Below are positions 44,541 to 56,006 of a DNA stretch of 64,000 bases, piece after piece. Below the pieces are notes generated by a model. It made no database searches. It saw only the letters and a program-made list of their open reading frames with translations, and was not told the origin of the DNA. The position numbers and the translations under genes are program-made. This stretch comes from an uncultured Gemmatimonadales bacterium (GTDB taxonomy: Bacteria > Gemmatimonadota > Gemmatimonadetes > Longimicrobiales > Gaopeijiaceae): positions 39,765 to 103,764 of the forward strand of contig CAWGKG010000016.1 in assembly GCA_963823035.1 (NCBI GenBank), in the 5' to 3' direction. Within the stretch, counting starts at the first letter, position 1. The number at the start of each line of letters is the position of its first letter.

Positions 44541-46511
44541 ATGCGGAGGAGCTTCCCCGCGGTGACGTCGGCGATCCTGGTCGGGCTGTGGGCGTCGGCG
44601 CTGGCCGCCCAGGCGCCGGTGGTCGGTCCGAACGGCGATCCCTCGGTGCGCGACGACACGATCTACGCGCTCACCGTGGACCCGGCGGATCACCCCGAGG
44701 AGAACGCGGTGGTCCTCCTGGACGACGGCATCGTCGTGCAGGAGCCCGACGGCACCGGCTCGCGCACCTACCGGACCGTGGCCCAGGTGCTCAACCGCGA
44801 CGGGATCGAAACGTGGGCCGAGCAGACCTTCGGCTACGATGGCGGGCGCGAGCGCTTCCGCCTGAACTGGGCGCGCGTGGTCGCCGCGGACGGGACGGTG
44901 ATCTCCGCCGAGCCGATCCACCAGCAGGTGATGGACGCGCCCGTGCCGGAGCAAAGCCCCGTGTACACGGATTTCAAGCGCGTGCGCATCTCGATGGGCG
45001 GCGTCGAGCCGGGCACGATCGTGGACTACAGCTACACGATCGAGACGGTGGACCCGGTCATGCCGGGCGACTTCTACCTCCCCTGGCGCATCGACACCGG
45101 CGGGACGGTGCGCCGCTCTCGTTACGTGGTGGACGTTCCGGCGGGCTACGACCTGCGCATCGTGCAGAGCGCCGGCGCCGAGCCCACGAGCGTGCAGGAG
45201 GTGGGTGGCCGTGTGGTCCGCCAGTGGGCCGCCGCCGACATGGAGCGCATCGAGCCCGAGCTGTTCGCGGACGCCACCGAGGCGGACTTCCTCCGCCACG
45301 TGGAGATCGGTGCACCCGAGCGGTGGAGCGACATCGGCGCCTGGTACGCGGGACTGGCCCGGGACCGCTACGAGGTGGACGATGAGGTCATGGCCGCGGC
45401 GGCGCCCGTGCTGGACAGCGCGGACACGGCCGAGGGGAAGCTCCGCCTCCTGCACCGTTGGGTGGCCCAGGACTTCCGCTACATCTCGATCTCGCTCGGC
45501 GTGGGCGGATTCCAACCCCGCCCCCCTGCCGAGGTGGTGCGCACCCGCTCGGGCGACTGCAAAGACAAGGCGACCCTCTTCGTGGCGTTGGCCCGGAAGC
45601 TCGGCTTCGAGGCGTATCCCGTCCTCTTGAGCAGCACCGGGGGCGTCGAAGAGGAGCTTCCCACGGCACACCAGTTCGACCACGAGATCGCGGCCGTGCG
45701 CCGCGACGACGGGTGGCTCTTCCTCGACCTCACGGCCGACATCGTCCCGTTCGGGGAGATCCCGCCGAGCTACCAGGGCGCGTTCGGCCTGGTCGTGCTG
45801 GACGACGGCGTGGAGGAGGTGACCTTCCCGGAGCTCGCCCCGGACGAGAACCTCGCCGAGACGACGATCACCGCGGAGATCCACGAGGACGGCTCGCTCA
45901 CCGGGTGGTTCGACGAGCTGAACCTCGGCGCGATGCAGTACCGCATGCGCGGCGCGCTCGCCCAGGAGTTCTCGGCGAAGGAGCGTCAGCGCGTCGCGGA
46001 CGCGGTGGCCGGGGGGGCGTTCGAGGGCGCGGTCGGCGACTCGCTCCAGATGTTCGACGGGCGGGACTTCGGCGCGGAGACGCGCCTACGCGTGTGGGTG
46101 CGCGCGGAGCGCGCGGCGCGGCGCAACGGATCGACGGGGTGGGTGCTGCCGGTGCCGCTGACGACGCTAGGCAGCCCGACGCTCGTGGCGCAGCTCGAGC
46201 GGGAACGCGGCACCCGACGGTACCCGATCGACGTGGAGGACGTGGTCGGACCCTATACGAGCGTGACCCGACTGGAGCTCACCCTCCCCGAGGGGTGGAC
46301 GGCCGAGCTGCCCGACGGGGTGCACGCCGACAGCCGTTTCGGGTCCTACGCTTCCACGTACACGCAGGAGGGACGCGTGGTGCGGCTCGAGCGACGCGTC
46401 GCGGGGCGGAAGGGCACCGAGCCGAAGGAAGCGCTCGGGGATCTCATCCAGTGGCTCGGCACCGTATCGAAGGACGACGTCGGCTTCATCGTATTGAGGC
46501 CTGCCGCATGA
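44541..46511 (+). CDS. DUF3857 plus transglutaminase-like domain protein
   Basis: Signal peptide; GDCKDKATL, FDHEI and FLDLT (Cys-His-Asp triad). Confidence 0.88.
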   Translation: MRRSFPAVTSAILVGLWASALAAQAPVVGPNGDPSVRDDTIYALTVDPADHPEENAVVLLDDGIVVQEPDGTGSRTYRTVAQVLNRDGIETWAEQTFGYDGGRERFRLNWARVVAADGTVISAEPIHQQVMDAPVPEQSPVYTDFKRVRISMGGVEPGTIVDYSYTIETVDPVMPGDFYLPWRIDTGGTVRRSRYVVDVPAGYDLRIVQSAGAEPTSVQEVGGRVVRQWAAADMERIEPELFADATEADFLRHVEIGAPERWSDIGAWYAGLARDRYEVDDEVMAAAAPVLDSADTAEGKLRLLHRWVAQDFRYISISLGVGGFQPRPPAEVVRTRSGDCKDKATLFVALARKLGFEAYPVLLSSTGGVEEELPTAHQFDHEIAAVRRDDGWLFLDLTADIVPFGEIPPSYQGAFGLVVLDDGVEEVTFPELAPDENLAETTITAEIHEDGSLTGWFDELNLGAMQYRMRGALAQEFSAKERQRVADAVAGGAFEGAVGDSLQMFDGRDFGAETRLRVWVRAERAARRNGSTGWVLPVPLTTLGSPTLVAQLERERGTRRYPIDVEDVVGPYTSVTRLELTLPEGWTAELPDGVHADSRFGSYASTYTQEGRVVRLERRVAGRKGTEPKEALGDLIQWLGTVSKDDVGFIVLRPAA

Positions 46512-46561
46512 CGGGCGGTCCGAGGGGACCGACGGAAAGGGAACGGGGGTAGGTCGACATC

Positions 46562-47338
46562 ATGATGCCTTTGACACCGTGGGTGAAGCGGCTCCTCATC
46601 GCCAATGTCGTGGTCTTCCTGATTACGCAGGCGGACCCGCAGTTGGTCCGCGAGCTCTGGTTGTACCCGCCCTTCGCGTTGCGCCGTCCGTGGACGCTCG
46701 TGACCTACATGTTCCTGCATGCGGGGATCGGACACATCTTCTTCAACATGCTGGGGCTGTATTTCTTCGGGCCCCGCCTCGAGGATCGGCTGGGCTCCAA
46801 GTCCTTCCTCTGGCTGTACTTCCTTTCCGGGATCGGCGGCGCGGTCGCGAGCTTCATCTTCGCGCGCCAGTACCCGGTGGTGGGCGCCTCGGCGGCGGTG
46901 TTCGGCGTGCTGATGGGCTTCGCGCTGTACTGGCCGCGTGAGCGCATCTACTTGTGGATGATCCTGCCGATCGAGGCGTGGCTCCTCGCCGTGCTGCTGG
47001 TGGCCGCCTCGCTCTACATGGGCGTGAGCGGTACCTCCTCGGGCACGGCGCACTTCGCGCACCTGGGAGGCATCGCCTTCGGTTTCGGCTACCTGAAGCT
47101 CCTCGAGTGGCGGCGAGGGGCCTCCCGTCGGGCGTTCCAGAAGCAGATGGCCCCGCAGTCCAGCGTGGGCGTGCCCGACCGCGTGGCGCTGGCGCGCTGG
47201 AAGGGGATCTCCACGGACGGCCTGCACGAGATCAACCGCGAGGAGGTCGTGCGCCTCCTGGCGAAGGCGGAGGACACCGGGTCGCGAAGCCTCACGCAGG
47301 CGGAGCGTGAATTCCTCGATCGGATGGCGGGCCGATGA
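46562..47338 (+). CDS. Rhomboid intramembrane serine protease with C-terminal DUF6576-like tail
   Basis: TYMFLH, HIFFNM, VGASAA and AHLGG motifs. Confidence 0.93.
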   Translation: MMPLTPWVKRLLIANVVVFLITQADPQLVRELWLYPPFALRRPWTLVTYMFLHAGIGHIFFNMLGLYFFGPRLEDRLGSKSFLWLYFLSGIGGAVASFIFARQYPVVGASAAVFGVLMGFALYWPRERIYLWMILPIEAWLLAVLLVAASLYMGVSGTSSGTAHFAHLGGIAFGFGYLKLLEWRRGASRRAFQKQMAPQSSVGVPDRVALARWKGISTDGLHEINREEVVRLLAKAEDTGSRSLTQAEREFLDRMAGR

Positions 47339-48877
47339 GCGACGGGACACCAAGACGGAGCGGGACGCCCTCTGGGGACGGAGGACGCCCCTCGAGATGG
47401 ACGCGGACGAGTTCGCCCGCATCGGGCACAAGCTCGTGGACGACGTGGCGCGCCTCCTGCGCGAGATGCCGACTCGGCCGCTCACGCGCGGCGAGACGCC
47501 GGAGGAGATCCGCGCGCTCCTGCACGCCGACGCGCCGCTGCCGGAGGAGGGGATGGATGCGGGCGACGCTCCTGGCCGAGACGACGGACCTCCTCCTCGA
47601 GCACTCGCTCTTCAACGGACACCCCCGCTTCTTCGGCTACATCAGCGGGTCGCCCGGCGCCGATCGGGATGCTCGGCGACCTCCTCGGCGGCTCGGCGAT
47701 CAACCCGAACAGCGGGGCCTGGGTCCTGTCGCCGATGGCGACGGAGATCGAGGAACAGACCGTGCGCTGGATCGCGGCAACTGCTCGGGTATCCGGAGCC
47801 GTGCGACGGCGTGATGGTCAGCGGCGGCAACGTGGCCAACATGCTCGGCTTCTGGGCCGCGCGGGCCGCGAAGGCCGGGTGGGACGTGCGGCTGGGCGGG
47901 CTCCGCGGCGAGGGGAGCGCGCCGCTGCGCGCCTACGCCGCGAAGGGGACGCACACCTGGCTGCAGAAGGCCGCGGACCTCTCGGGGCTCGGCGCGGAGG
48001 CGCGTCCGCTGGATCGACACCGACGCCCGATCAGCGCATGGACACCGCGCTGCTGCGGGCGCGCATCGAGGCCGACCTCGCGGCCGGCGACCGTCCATTC
48101 GTCGTCGTGGGCACGGCCGGATCCGTCGGGACGGGTGCCGTGGATCCCCTCCCGGAGCTGCGCGAGATCTGCGACGAGCACGGCCTGTGGCTGCACGTCG
48201 ACGGGGCCTACGGCGGCTTCGCGGTCGCGGCACCCGACGCGGTGCCCGAGGACCTGCTCGGCCTGCGGCTCGGGGACTCCGTCGCGGTGGACCCGCACAA
48301 ATGGCTGTACACCCCCCTCGAGGCCGGCTGCACGCTCGTGCGCGACCCGTCCGCCCTCGTGCGGGCGTTCGCGTTCCGCCCGGACTACTACAACTTCGGC
48401 GACGAGGCGACGAACTACTTCGAGCACGGCATCCAGAACTCGCGCGGCTTCCGTGCGCTCAAGGTGTGGCTCCAGCTCCGCCAGGTCGGACGGAAGGGCT
48501 ACGCGCGCATGATCGCCGAGGACATCGAGCTCGCGCGCCGCTTCCACGCGCTGGCGCGGTCCCACCCCGAGCTCGAGGCGGTCACGCAGGCGCTCAGCAT
48601 CACCACGTATCGCTACGTTCCGACGGATCTGTGCCCGCGCACGACCGAGCCGGCCGTGGCGGCCTACCTGGACGACCTCAACCAGGCCGTGCAGAACCGG
48701 ATGGAGAAGAGCGGCCGCGCGTTCGTGTCCAACGCCGTGGTGCGTGGGCGCTACCTCCTGCGCATGTGCGTCGTGAACTTCCGCACGCGCATGGAGGACG
48801 TGCGCGACCTCGCCGAGCTGTCGGTGGAGCTCGGGCGCGAGCTCGACTCCGACCTGCGCCCACCCGCGCTCCGCTGA
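47335..48877 (+). CDS. Group II PLP-dependent decarboxylase (aromatic amino-acid/glutamate decarboxylase family; frameshifted)
   Basis: [30 protein letters not shown] and [10 protein letters not shown] motifs. Confidence 0.9.
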
Positions 48878-48911
48878 CCCCGGGCTCGGGGGACGAGGAG
48901 CTCGCCCGTCC

Positions 48912-49521
48912 GTGAGCGGTCCCTTTCCGATTCCCGCGCGCGTGCATCGGGTGGAGGAGACCATCCGACGGAGCCGCTTCATCACCACCGCGGCGCACGC
49001 GCCCGACGCGGACGCCGCGCACGCCTTCGTCCGGCGCGTGCGCGAGGAGTTCCCGGACGCGACGCACAACTGCTGGGCGTTCGTCGCCGGTGCGCCCGGT
49101 ACCACGACGCACATCGGCATGAGCGACGACGGCGAGCCGCACGGCACGGCCGGCAAGCCCATGCTCACGACGCTCCTGCACTCGGGCGTCGGCGAGATCG
49201 TGGCGGTGATGCACCCGGTACTACGGCGGCGTGAAGCTCGGGACCGGCGGGCTCAGCCGAGCGTACGCGGGTGGCGTGAAGCTCGCGCTCGAGACGCTGC
49301 CGACCGAGGAGAAGGTCGAGCGGGTGGCGCTCGTGGTCACGGTGGGCTACGCGGACGTGGACGCCCTGCAGCGGCTCATCGGGGAGACCGAGACGATCGT
49401 GGAAGGGGAGGAGTACGGCGCGAGCGTCCGCTACCGGTGCGCCGTGCCGGAGCCGTCGGTCGAGGCGTTCCGGCGGGGGCTGGCGGACGCGACGCGCGGG
49501 CAGGGCAGGGTCGAGGGCTGA
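48912..49521 (+). CDS. yigZ: YigZ/IMPACT family protein (frameshift near 49210)
   Basis: [22 protein letters not shown] and [10 protein letters not shown] motifs. Confidence 0.92.
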
Positions 49522-49625
49522 GCGGGCGGACCTTGCCGCGAAGTCCACCCCGTGCTTCCATGGAGGAGCTGGCCTCGTTCCGTGGTGGGTGGGGGTGACG
49601 GATTCCCGGTCGCCTGGAGGCCCCC

Positions 49626-50513
49626 ATGAAGAGAGTCCTGGTGCTGGGCGGAACCGGCATGCTCGGTGCGCCGGTGGCGCGCCGTCTCGCCGAGGACGGG
49701 TTCGACGTGCGCGTCCTGGCGCGCCACCCCGCCCAGGCCCGCTCGAGGCTCGGCCCGACCGCCGAGATCGAGATCGTGCGCGGCGACGCGACCGACCGGC
49801 TCGACGTGCGCTTCGCCGCCGCGGGGTGCCACATCGTGCACGTCTCGATCGGGCCCCCGAGCGATCGCGTCGCCCTGGAGCTGGCCGTTCGTGCGGCGAC
49901 CGAGGTGGGCGCCGAGCGCATCGGCTACGTGTCCGGGACCACGGTCGCGGAAGAGCACCGCTGGTTCCCGATGATCGAGGAGAAGCTCGCGGCCGAGCGG
50001 TTCGTGAAGGGCGGCGTGATCCCGTGGACGATCTTCCGTCCGAGCTGGCCGTTCGAGCAGCTTCCGCGCTTCGCGCGCGGCGGCAAGCCCTTCCTCCTGG
50101 GTGACATCCCGCATCCCTGGCACTGGTTCGCGGCGAACGACATGGCGCGCATGGTGTCGGCGGCGTACCGCGACCCGAACGCTGCGGGCCAGACGCTGTT
50201 CGTGCACGGACCGGAGGCGATGACGCTGCGCGCGGCGCTCGAGCGCTACTGCGCCGCCGTGCACCCCGCGGCACCTCCCATCCAGGTCATGAGCCTCTGG
50301 ATGGCGCGCGCGATCGGCGTGCTCACGAGAAACGCGCAGCTACGCTTCGCCGCGGCGCTGATGGCCTATTTCGCGAAGGTCGGCGAGGGCGGGGACCCCT
50401 CGGAGACGAACCGGATCCTGGGTGCACCCACCACGACGCTGGAGCGATGGGTGAGCGACCTCAGTGCGGCCAGTTCCCGAACGGGTCCTCCAGCGACGGG
50501 CTCTGTGGTGTGA
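49626..50513 (+). CDS. Atypical SDR / NmrA-like NAD(P)-binding protein
   Basis: VLVLGGTGMLG Rossmann motif; WTIFRPS. Confidence 0.85.
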   Translation: MKRVLVLGGTGMLGAPVARRLAEDGFDVRVLARHPAQARSRLGPTAEIEIVRGDATDRLDVRFAAAGCHIVHVSIGPPSDRVALELAVRAATEVGAERIGYVSGTTVAEEHRWFPMIEEKLAAERFVKGGVIPWTIFRPSWPFEQLPRFARGGKPFLLGDIPHPWHWFAANDMARMVSAAYRDPNAAGQTLFVHGPEAMTLRAALERYCAAVHPAAPPIQVMSLWMARAIGVLTRNAQLRFAAALMAYFAKVGEGGDPSETNRILGAPTTTLERWVSDLSAASSRTGPPATGSVV

Positions 50514-51750
50514 ACAGCTTCGCGCCGTCGGGCGTGATGTACATGTCGTCCTCGAGGCGCACGCCGAACTCTCCGCGGATGTAGATCCCCGGCTCGTCGC
50601 TGAAGCAGTTGCCGACCACGAGGGGCACCTTGTTTCCGCGCACCAGGTACGGCCACTCGTGGCCGTCCATGCCGATGCCGTGCCCGACGCGGTGCGTGAA
50701 GTAGGTGTAGTCGGGGCCGTAGCCGCCGTCCGTGATGATCTTGCGCGCCGCGGCGTCCACGTTCTCCGCGGGCACGCCGGGGCCGGCCGTCTTCCATGCG
50801 GCGGTCTGCGCCTGGTGCTCGATGTCGAACACCTTCTTCATCTTGTCGGTCGGCTTGCCGAGGACGAAGGTGCGGCTGATGTCGGACTCGTAGCCCTCCG
50901 CCGTGCAACCGCCGTCGATGAGGAGGATCGTCCCCTCGCGGATGACCTGCGGCGTGATGGAGCCGTGCGGCAGGGCGGAGTACTCGCCCGTCTGGACGCT
51001 GGCACCGCCCTGGAACCCGAGGCGCTGGTGCGCGAGGCTGACGAGCCGACCGAAGTCCTGCTGCGTCATCCCTTCTTCCATGGCGAGGTACGCCGCCTTG
51101 TACGCCGTGAGCGTCGCCTCGTTGGCGAGCGTCATCAGCTCGATCTCGTGCGCGTCCTTCACGCCGCGGCATCCGGCCGTGACCGGCGTGCCGCTCACCA
51201 CGTGGAGGGCGGGGGCGGCCTGGGCAACGCCGTCGCTGAAGCGGAACTGGACGGTCTCCTCCGCACCCATCTTGCCCGCCGAGATGCCGCACTTCTTCAG
51301 CCCCTGCGCGACGCGCATGTAGGGGCTCTCGTGCTCCTGCCAGGTGAGGACCTCGGCGCCCTTCAGCGGTCCGAGGGCGAGCTGCTCCCGCGCGCGGTCC
51401 TCCTCGAAGGCCGGGCACACCACGAACGCCTCGCCCTCCACCGGGATCACCACGGCGAAGAGGCGCTCGCCGCCGCCCCAGCGGACGTTGGTGAAGTAGT
51501 TCATCGACGTGCCGCCGGTGAGGTAGAGCGCGTCGAGCCCGTTGTCCCTCATCAGCTTCTTCGCCTTCTCCACCCTGGCCGCGCGTTCGGCGGTCGTGAT
51601 GGGGCGGGCGCGGTCCGCCCACGAGCTCAGGCGAGCGATCGAGGGCGGCAGCTCCTGGCGCGGCTCGGCGCCGAGGAGATGACCGGGGTCGATGGCGGTG
51701 CCGGCGGCGGCCAGCGAGGAGGCTCCGAGGAAGTCGCGTCTCGAGATCAT
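50461..51750 (-). CDS. M24 Xaa-Pro peptidase with Tat signal
   Basis: SRRDFLG; IDGG, SDISRT, HRVGHGIGMDGHE, SDEPGIY and GVRLEDD motifs. Confidence 0.93.
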   Translation of the reverse strand: MISRRDFLGASSLAAAGTAIDPGHLLGAEPRQELPPSIARLSSWADRARPITTAERAARVEKAKKLMRDNGLDALYLTGGTSMNYFTNVRWGGGERLFAVVIPVEGEAFVVCPAFEEDRAREQLALGPLKGAEVLTWQEHESPYMRVAQGLKKCGISAGKMGAEETVQFRFSDGVAQAAPALHVVSGTPVTAGCRGVKDAHEIELMTLANEATLTAYKAAYLAMEEGMTQQDFGRLVSLAHQRLGFQGGASVQTGEYSALPHGSITPQVIREGTILLIDGGCTAEGYESDISRTFVLGKPTDKMKKVFDIEHQAQTAAWKTAGPGVPAENVDAAARKIITDGGYGPDYTYFTHRVGHGIGMDGHEWPYLVRGNKVPLVVGNCFSDEPGIYIRGEFGVRLEDDMYITPDGAKLFTPQSPSLEDPFGNWPH

Positions 51751-51935
51751 GGGAATCGCGGGTGACGGTGGACACGGCGAACCCGACGGCGTGCGCGCCG
51801 GTTCGGGATCATACGGCGGGCGCGCTCACGAGGCCACCGGGCCGGGCGGTGGGGATGGGGCGGCGTGCGCGACCCTGTCGCGGTCGAGGAGCCCCACCCT
51901 AGCTTGTCCACCGCCCACGTCCAAGGATCCAGCCG

Positions 51936-53467
51936 ATGCGCGCACCGTCGCCCGCCGCCCTTCTGGTCGCCTCCGTCGTCGCCGTGCAGGCGTGCGCGCC
52001 CGCCGAAGAGGCGGAGCCCGCCTCGCAGAACGACGCGACCGTCGCTTTGATCGCCCGCGCGAAGACGTTCGAGCTGCCCACGGAGTACGTCCCGCCCCCT
52101 GGCGAGGCGATCGACCACCACACGTCGGGCTTCGCGAAGATCCTCTGCTCGGCGGTGTTCATCACCGGGCTCGACCCAGCCGACGCGGCCGAGAACGTCG
52201 GCTACTTCACCAGCCCGTACGCGGAGCGCGCGGTCGTGACGGACACGGTGGTCGACTACGACCGTCAGGAGGTGCGCCTCACGTTGCCGTCCGGGGTGGT
52301 GCGCGTCGCCAAGAAGTACGGGAGCCAGGGGTGCGTCACGCGGCCCATCGGCGAGGACTCGGTGTTCTTCACGCCGACCACCGTGACGCCGAACCTGCCG
52401 CCGGCCGCGACGACGCCCTGGCCGATGGGCGACGTGCTGTCGGAGGAGCCCTATCCGGCGGAGCTGGACATGGCGAAGGTCGCCGAGGCGGTGGACGCCG
52501 CTTTCGGGCCGCCCGAGGCGATGACCGAGGCGTTCCTCGTGACCTACAGGGGGCGCGTCATCGGGGAGCGCTACGGGGAGGGCATCGACCTGCACACGCC
52601 GCTCGAGAGCTGGTCGATGGGGAAGAGCCTGACCGGCACGCTCATGGGGATCCTCATCCAGCGCGGCGTCTACGAGCTCTGGCAGCCCGCGCCGGTGCCC
52701 GAGTGGTACGAGACGGCGGGCGACCCCAGGCAGCAGATCCGCATCGGGGACATCATGCGCATGTCCTCGGGGATCCGGATCCGCGCACCGCAGGACCCCG
52801 ACTTCGATCCGTCGCTCGGCTACCCCGACCACCTCTACCTCTACACGGGCATCGGTCGACTCCTACCACTACGCCGCGACGCGCCCGCAGCAGTGGCCGC
52901 CCAACACGGTCGGGCGGTATCGGAACACCGACCCCGTCCTCACGAACTACCTCATCCGCCTGGGCGTCGAGGGGAAGCTGCACGAGGACTACCACGCCTT
53001 CCCGCAGCGCGCGCTCTTCGACAGGATCGGCGTGCGCGACGCCGTCATGGAGACCGACCCCTACGGCGACTTCCTCACGCAGGGCTACGAGTTCCTGCCG
53101 GCGCGCGACTGGGCGCGGGTGGCGAACCTCTGGTTGCAGGACGGCGTGTGGAACGGCGAGCGCCTGCTTCCCGAGGGCTACGCGGAGTATGCGCGCACGC
53201 TGGCGCCGGCCTGGGTGGACGACGGGAGGCCGATCTACGGGGGCGCCTTCCAGTGGGTCAACGGCACGCGGCTCGTTCCCGATCCCGAAGGAGGCGACCT
53301 ACTTCGCGGGCGCGGGCGGCCAGAACACGATCATGATCCCGAGCCACGGGCTCGTCGTCGTGCGCCTCGGCAAGTACAAGGGCGCGCGCGCGGGCGGCCA
53401 GGCGCTGGACCGCGGGCTGGCGCTGCTCATGGAGGCGGTGCCGCCGCTGCGGGGGGCCGGGATGTGA
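51936..53467 (+). CDS. Serine hydrolase (beta-lactamase/AmpC-like family) lipoprotein (frameshifted)
   Basis: Lipobox AVQAC; SWSMGKS (SxxK), MRMSSG, ARDWARV and GAGGQ motifs. Confidence 0.88.
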
Positions 53468-53639
53468 GGGAGGCCGCGCGCCGATCTCCCCCCTGGCCAC
53501 CGGCCCCGGGGCCCGCGTATTGTTCGGCGTCCACCTTTCATCGGATCGACGTCCCCGGCTCCAGCTCCACCTCGTCGCTGCCTTCCCTGCCCGGTTCCGG
53601 GCCGTAGCGCGGAGACGTCCCAGCGGAGGCTCGAGGCGT

Positions 53640-54914
53640 ATGTCCGCATCACGACGCTCCTTCCTCAAGCGCGTAGCTCCTCCCCTTTCGGCCATGATCG
53701 CGGGCGCCCTCTTCGCGTGCGCCCCCAAGCCCGACGCGGCGTCCGGGCCCGCTCACGTTCTCCTGGGCGTGGACCGGATCTCCGACAGCATTCCTCCGGT
53801 TCTCGTCGGCAAGCGCGTCGGGCTCGTCACCAACCACAGCGGCCTCGACCGTGAAGGCCGGAGCACCATCGACATCCTGGCCTCGCGCCACGATCTGACC
53901 TTGACGACGCTCTTCGCCCCCGAGCACGGGATCCGCGGCGTCGCCCAGGGGCCCGTGGAGTCGATGGTGGACTCGGAGACGGGGCTGCCGGTGCACTCGC
54001 TCTATGGTGAGATCCGCAAGCCGACGCCCGAGATGCTACGGGACGTGGACGCTCTCGTCTTCGACATCCAGGACGTGGGCGTGCGCCAATACACGTTCCC
54101 CACCACCATGGCGCTCGCCATGCAAGCGGCGGCGGAGAAGGGGATTCCCTTCGTGGTCCTCGACCGTCCCGACCCGATCACGGGCACGAAGGTGGAGGGC
54201 AACATCCTCGACACCACCTACTCCAACTTCGCCGGCTTCTACCCGATCGCGTCCCGCCACGGCATGACCGTCGGCGAGCTGGCCATGATGGACAACGACG
54301 CGTTCGGCATCCATGCCGACCTGACCGTCGTGCCGATGCAGGGGTGGAAGCGGGAGTTGTGGATGGACCAGACGGACCTCCCCTGGAAGGGCCCGTCGCC
54401 CAACCTCCCGTGGTTCGAGGGCACGATCCACTACCCGGGCACCGTCCTCATCGAGGGCACCAACCTCTCGGAGGGGCGGGGCACGGAAAAGCCCTTCGAG
54501 CAGGTGGGCGCCCCCTGGCTCCGCGCCGCGGAGGTGGCGGATTCCATGAACGCGAAGGACCTCCCCGGCGTGCGCTTCGAGGCCTTGGACTACGACGTGG
54601 CTGCGGGCGCCCGGAAGTACGGTGGTACGTCGATCCACGGGGTCCGCTTCATCGCCACGGACCGGGAGGCGTACAGGCCCATCGACGCGACACTGTTGTT
54701 CATGGAGGTGGTGCGGCGCCTCCAGCCGGAGGACTTCCAGTGGCGCAGCTCCGGCGGCGGAGACGGGCCGGTCACGTATACGCTGGACCGCCTGGCGGGC
54801 ACCGACGCCGCACGTGCGGCCGTGGAGGCGGGCACGGTGACGGACCTTCTGATCGCCTGGGAGCAGGACGCTCGGCGCTTCGAGGAGATGCGGAGGCCGT
54901 ACCTGCTCTACTGA
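53640..54914 (+). CDS. namZ: DUF1343 exo-beta-N-acetylmuramidase NamZ-like protein
   Basis: GLVTNHSG, FAPEHG, FDIQDVGVR, LDRPDP, RHGMTVGE, PSPNL and SEGRGT motifs; SRRSFLK plus lipobox. Confidence 0.88.
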   Translation: MSASRRSFLKRVAPPLSAMIAGALFACAPKPDAASGPAHVLLGVDRISDSIPPVLVGKRVGLVTNHSGLDREGRSTIDILASRHDLTLTTLFAPEHGIRGVAQGPVESMVDSETGLPVHSLYGEIRKPTPEMLRDVDALVFDIQDVGVRQYTFPTTMALAMQAAAEKGIPFVVLDRPDPITGTKVEGNILDTTYSNFAGFYPIASRHGMTVGELAMMDNDAFGIHADLTVVPMQGWKRELWMDQTDLPWKGPSPNLPWFEGTIHYPGTVLIEGTNLSEGRGTEKPFEQVGAPWLRAAEVADSMNAKDLPGVRFEALDYDVAAGARKYGGTSIHGVRFIATDREAYRPIDATLLFMEVVRRLQPEDFQWRSSGGGDGPVTYTLDRLAGTDAARAAVEAGTVTDLLIAWEQDARRFEEMRRPYLLY

Positions 54915-55506
54915 TCGGGGCGCCTCCCGGCGGCGGGCGCCGTCTGCGCGGGATCCCTCGCAGCGCCGCGTCCAGCACCTCGAGCTCGTCGCTCCACAGC
55001 ACGCGCCAACCGTCCGGGGTGCGCGCCATCTGGATCACGCGCACCTCGGGCTTGGCGCCCTGCAGGCGCTCGATCGTACGATAGACGACGTGCGTGGTAT
55101 CGGCGCCTTCCATCACGTGGCCGATGACGTGGTCGTCGTGGTCGAAGAGCGAATGCATCAAGCCTGGCATGTCGTCGACCATCCGTCCGACCGCCCGCTC
55201 GAACACCGTGGTGGGCGCGAGCGAGCGGAAGGACGCCGCGTCGTCCGCCCCCGTGAAGTCGCGCCGCAACGCGCCCGTCGAGTCCGTGTCGACCATGTAG
55301 CCCACCACGTCGCGGAAGGTCGCGAGGGTGCTCGGGTGCATGAACTGGGCGGCGGCGCGCCAGCGGATCGCCCGCACGGAGCGCAGGAAGAGGACCGCCG
55401 TCGACTCGGGCGTGGCGGTCACCTCGGCGAGCGTCTGCGCCGAAACGGGAGGGCCGAAGGCGAGCGCGAGCGAGGCGAGCGGGGCGAAGAGGGCACTCCG
55501 GACCAT
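54908..55506 (-). CDS. Exported hypothetical protein (NTF2-like appearance; 3' end uncertain)
   Basis: Signal peptide (VSAQ); TPESTA..FL and VIGHVMEGADTTHVVYR...DGWRV pattern. Confidence 0.6.
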
Positions 55507-55570
55507 GCCGTGGTTTAGTAGGGCGTTGCCGGTCGTGCAAGCGTGCCCCGGGTAGCCACCTACGATGCGG

Positions 55571-55915
55571 ATGACCAGACTCGCCACCCTGCTGCTTCTC
55601 GCCGCCTTCGCGGCGATGCCCACACCGCCCCGCGGTACGGCGGTGCCCGGCGTCGGCACGGCGGTCGCGCAGGGGTGCCCGAGCTCCCGGCCCGGGTCCC
55701 ATCGCGTCACGGGCGTGAGCCGACCGCTCGATCCCGCGGAGGCCGACGCCGCGGGCGCCGGTCTCGGACTTCCACGCGCCGTCGCGGTTGCCTTCAAGCC
55801 CCCGTCAGGGGTGCACGCGGCTCCGGGCGCATGCGTAGAATCCGCCCGCCCCAAGCCGTTCCACCTCAGGGAGCGGCGCGCACATCCCGCCCACGCCCCT
55901 CCTCCTTCCGCCTGA
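55571..55915 (+). CDS. Putative leader/arrest peptide with N-terminal signal sequence and C-terminal HAPP motif (start 55565 or 55571)
   Basis: MTRLATLLLLAAFAA hydrophobic N-terminus, Pro/Ala-rich linker, ends HPAHAPPPSA*. Confidence 0.5.
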   Translation: MTRLATLLLLAAFAAMPTPPRGTAVPGVGTAVAQGCPSSRPGSHRVTGVSRPLDPAEADAAGAGLGLPRAVAVAFKPPSGVHAAPGACVESARPKPFHLRERRAHPAHAPPPSA

Positions 55916-56006
55916 GCCGACCCGAACCGAACCACGCGGCGCGCACATGGCGCGCTCGCGGCTCATGCACACGCTCCCGGATCGGGAGCTTCAGGAGGAC
56001 GGGCAG

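Noticed and set aside
50461..50513. 53-bp 3' overlap of convergent SDR and M24 genes
   Set aside because: Short convergent overlaps are common in GC-rich genomes, and this one could also result from an indel near the SDR stop.
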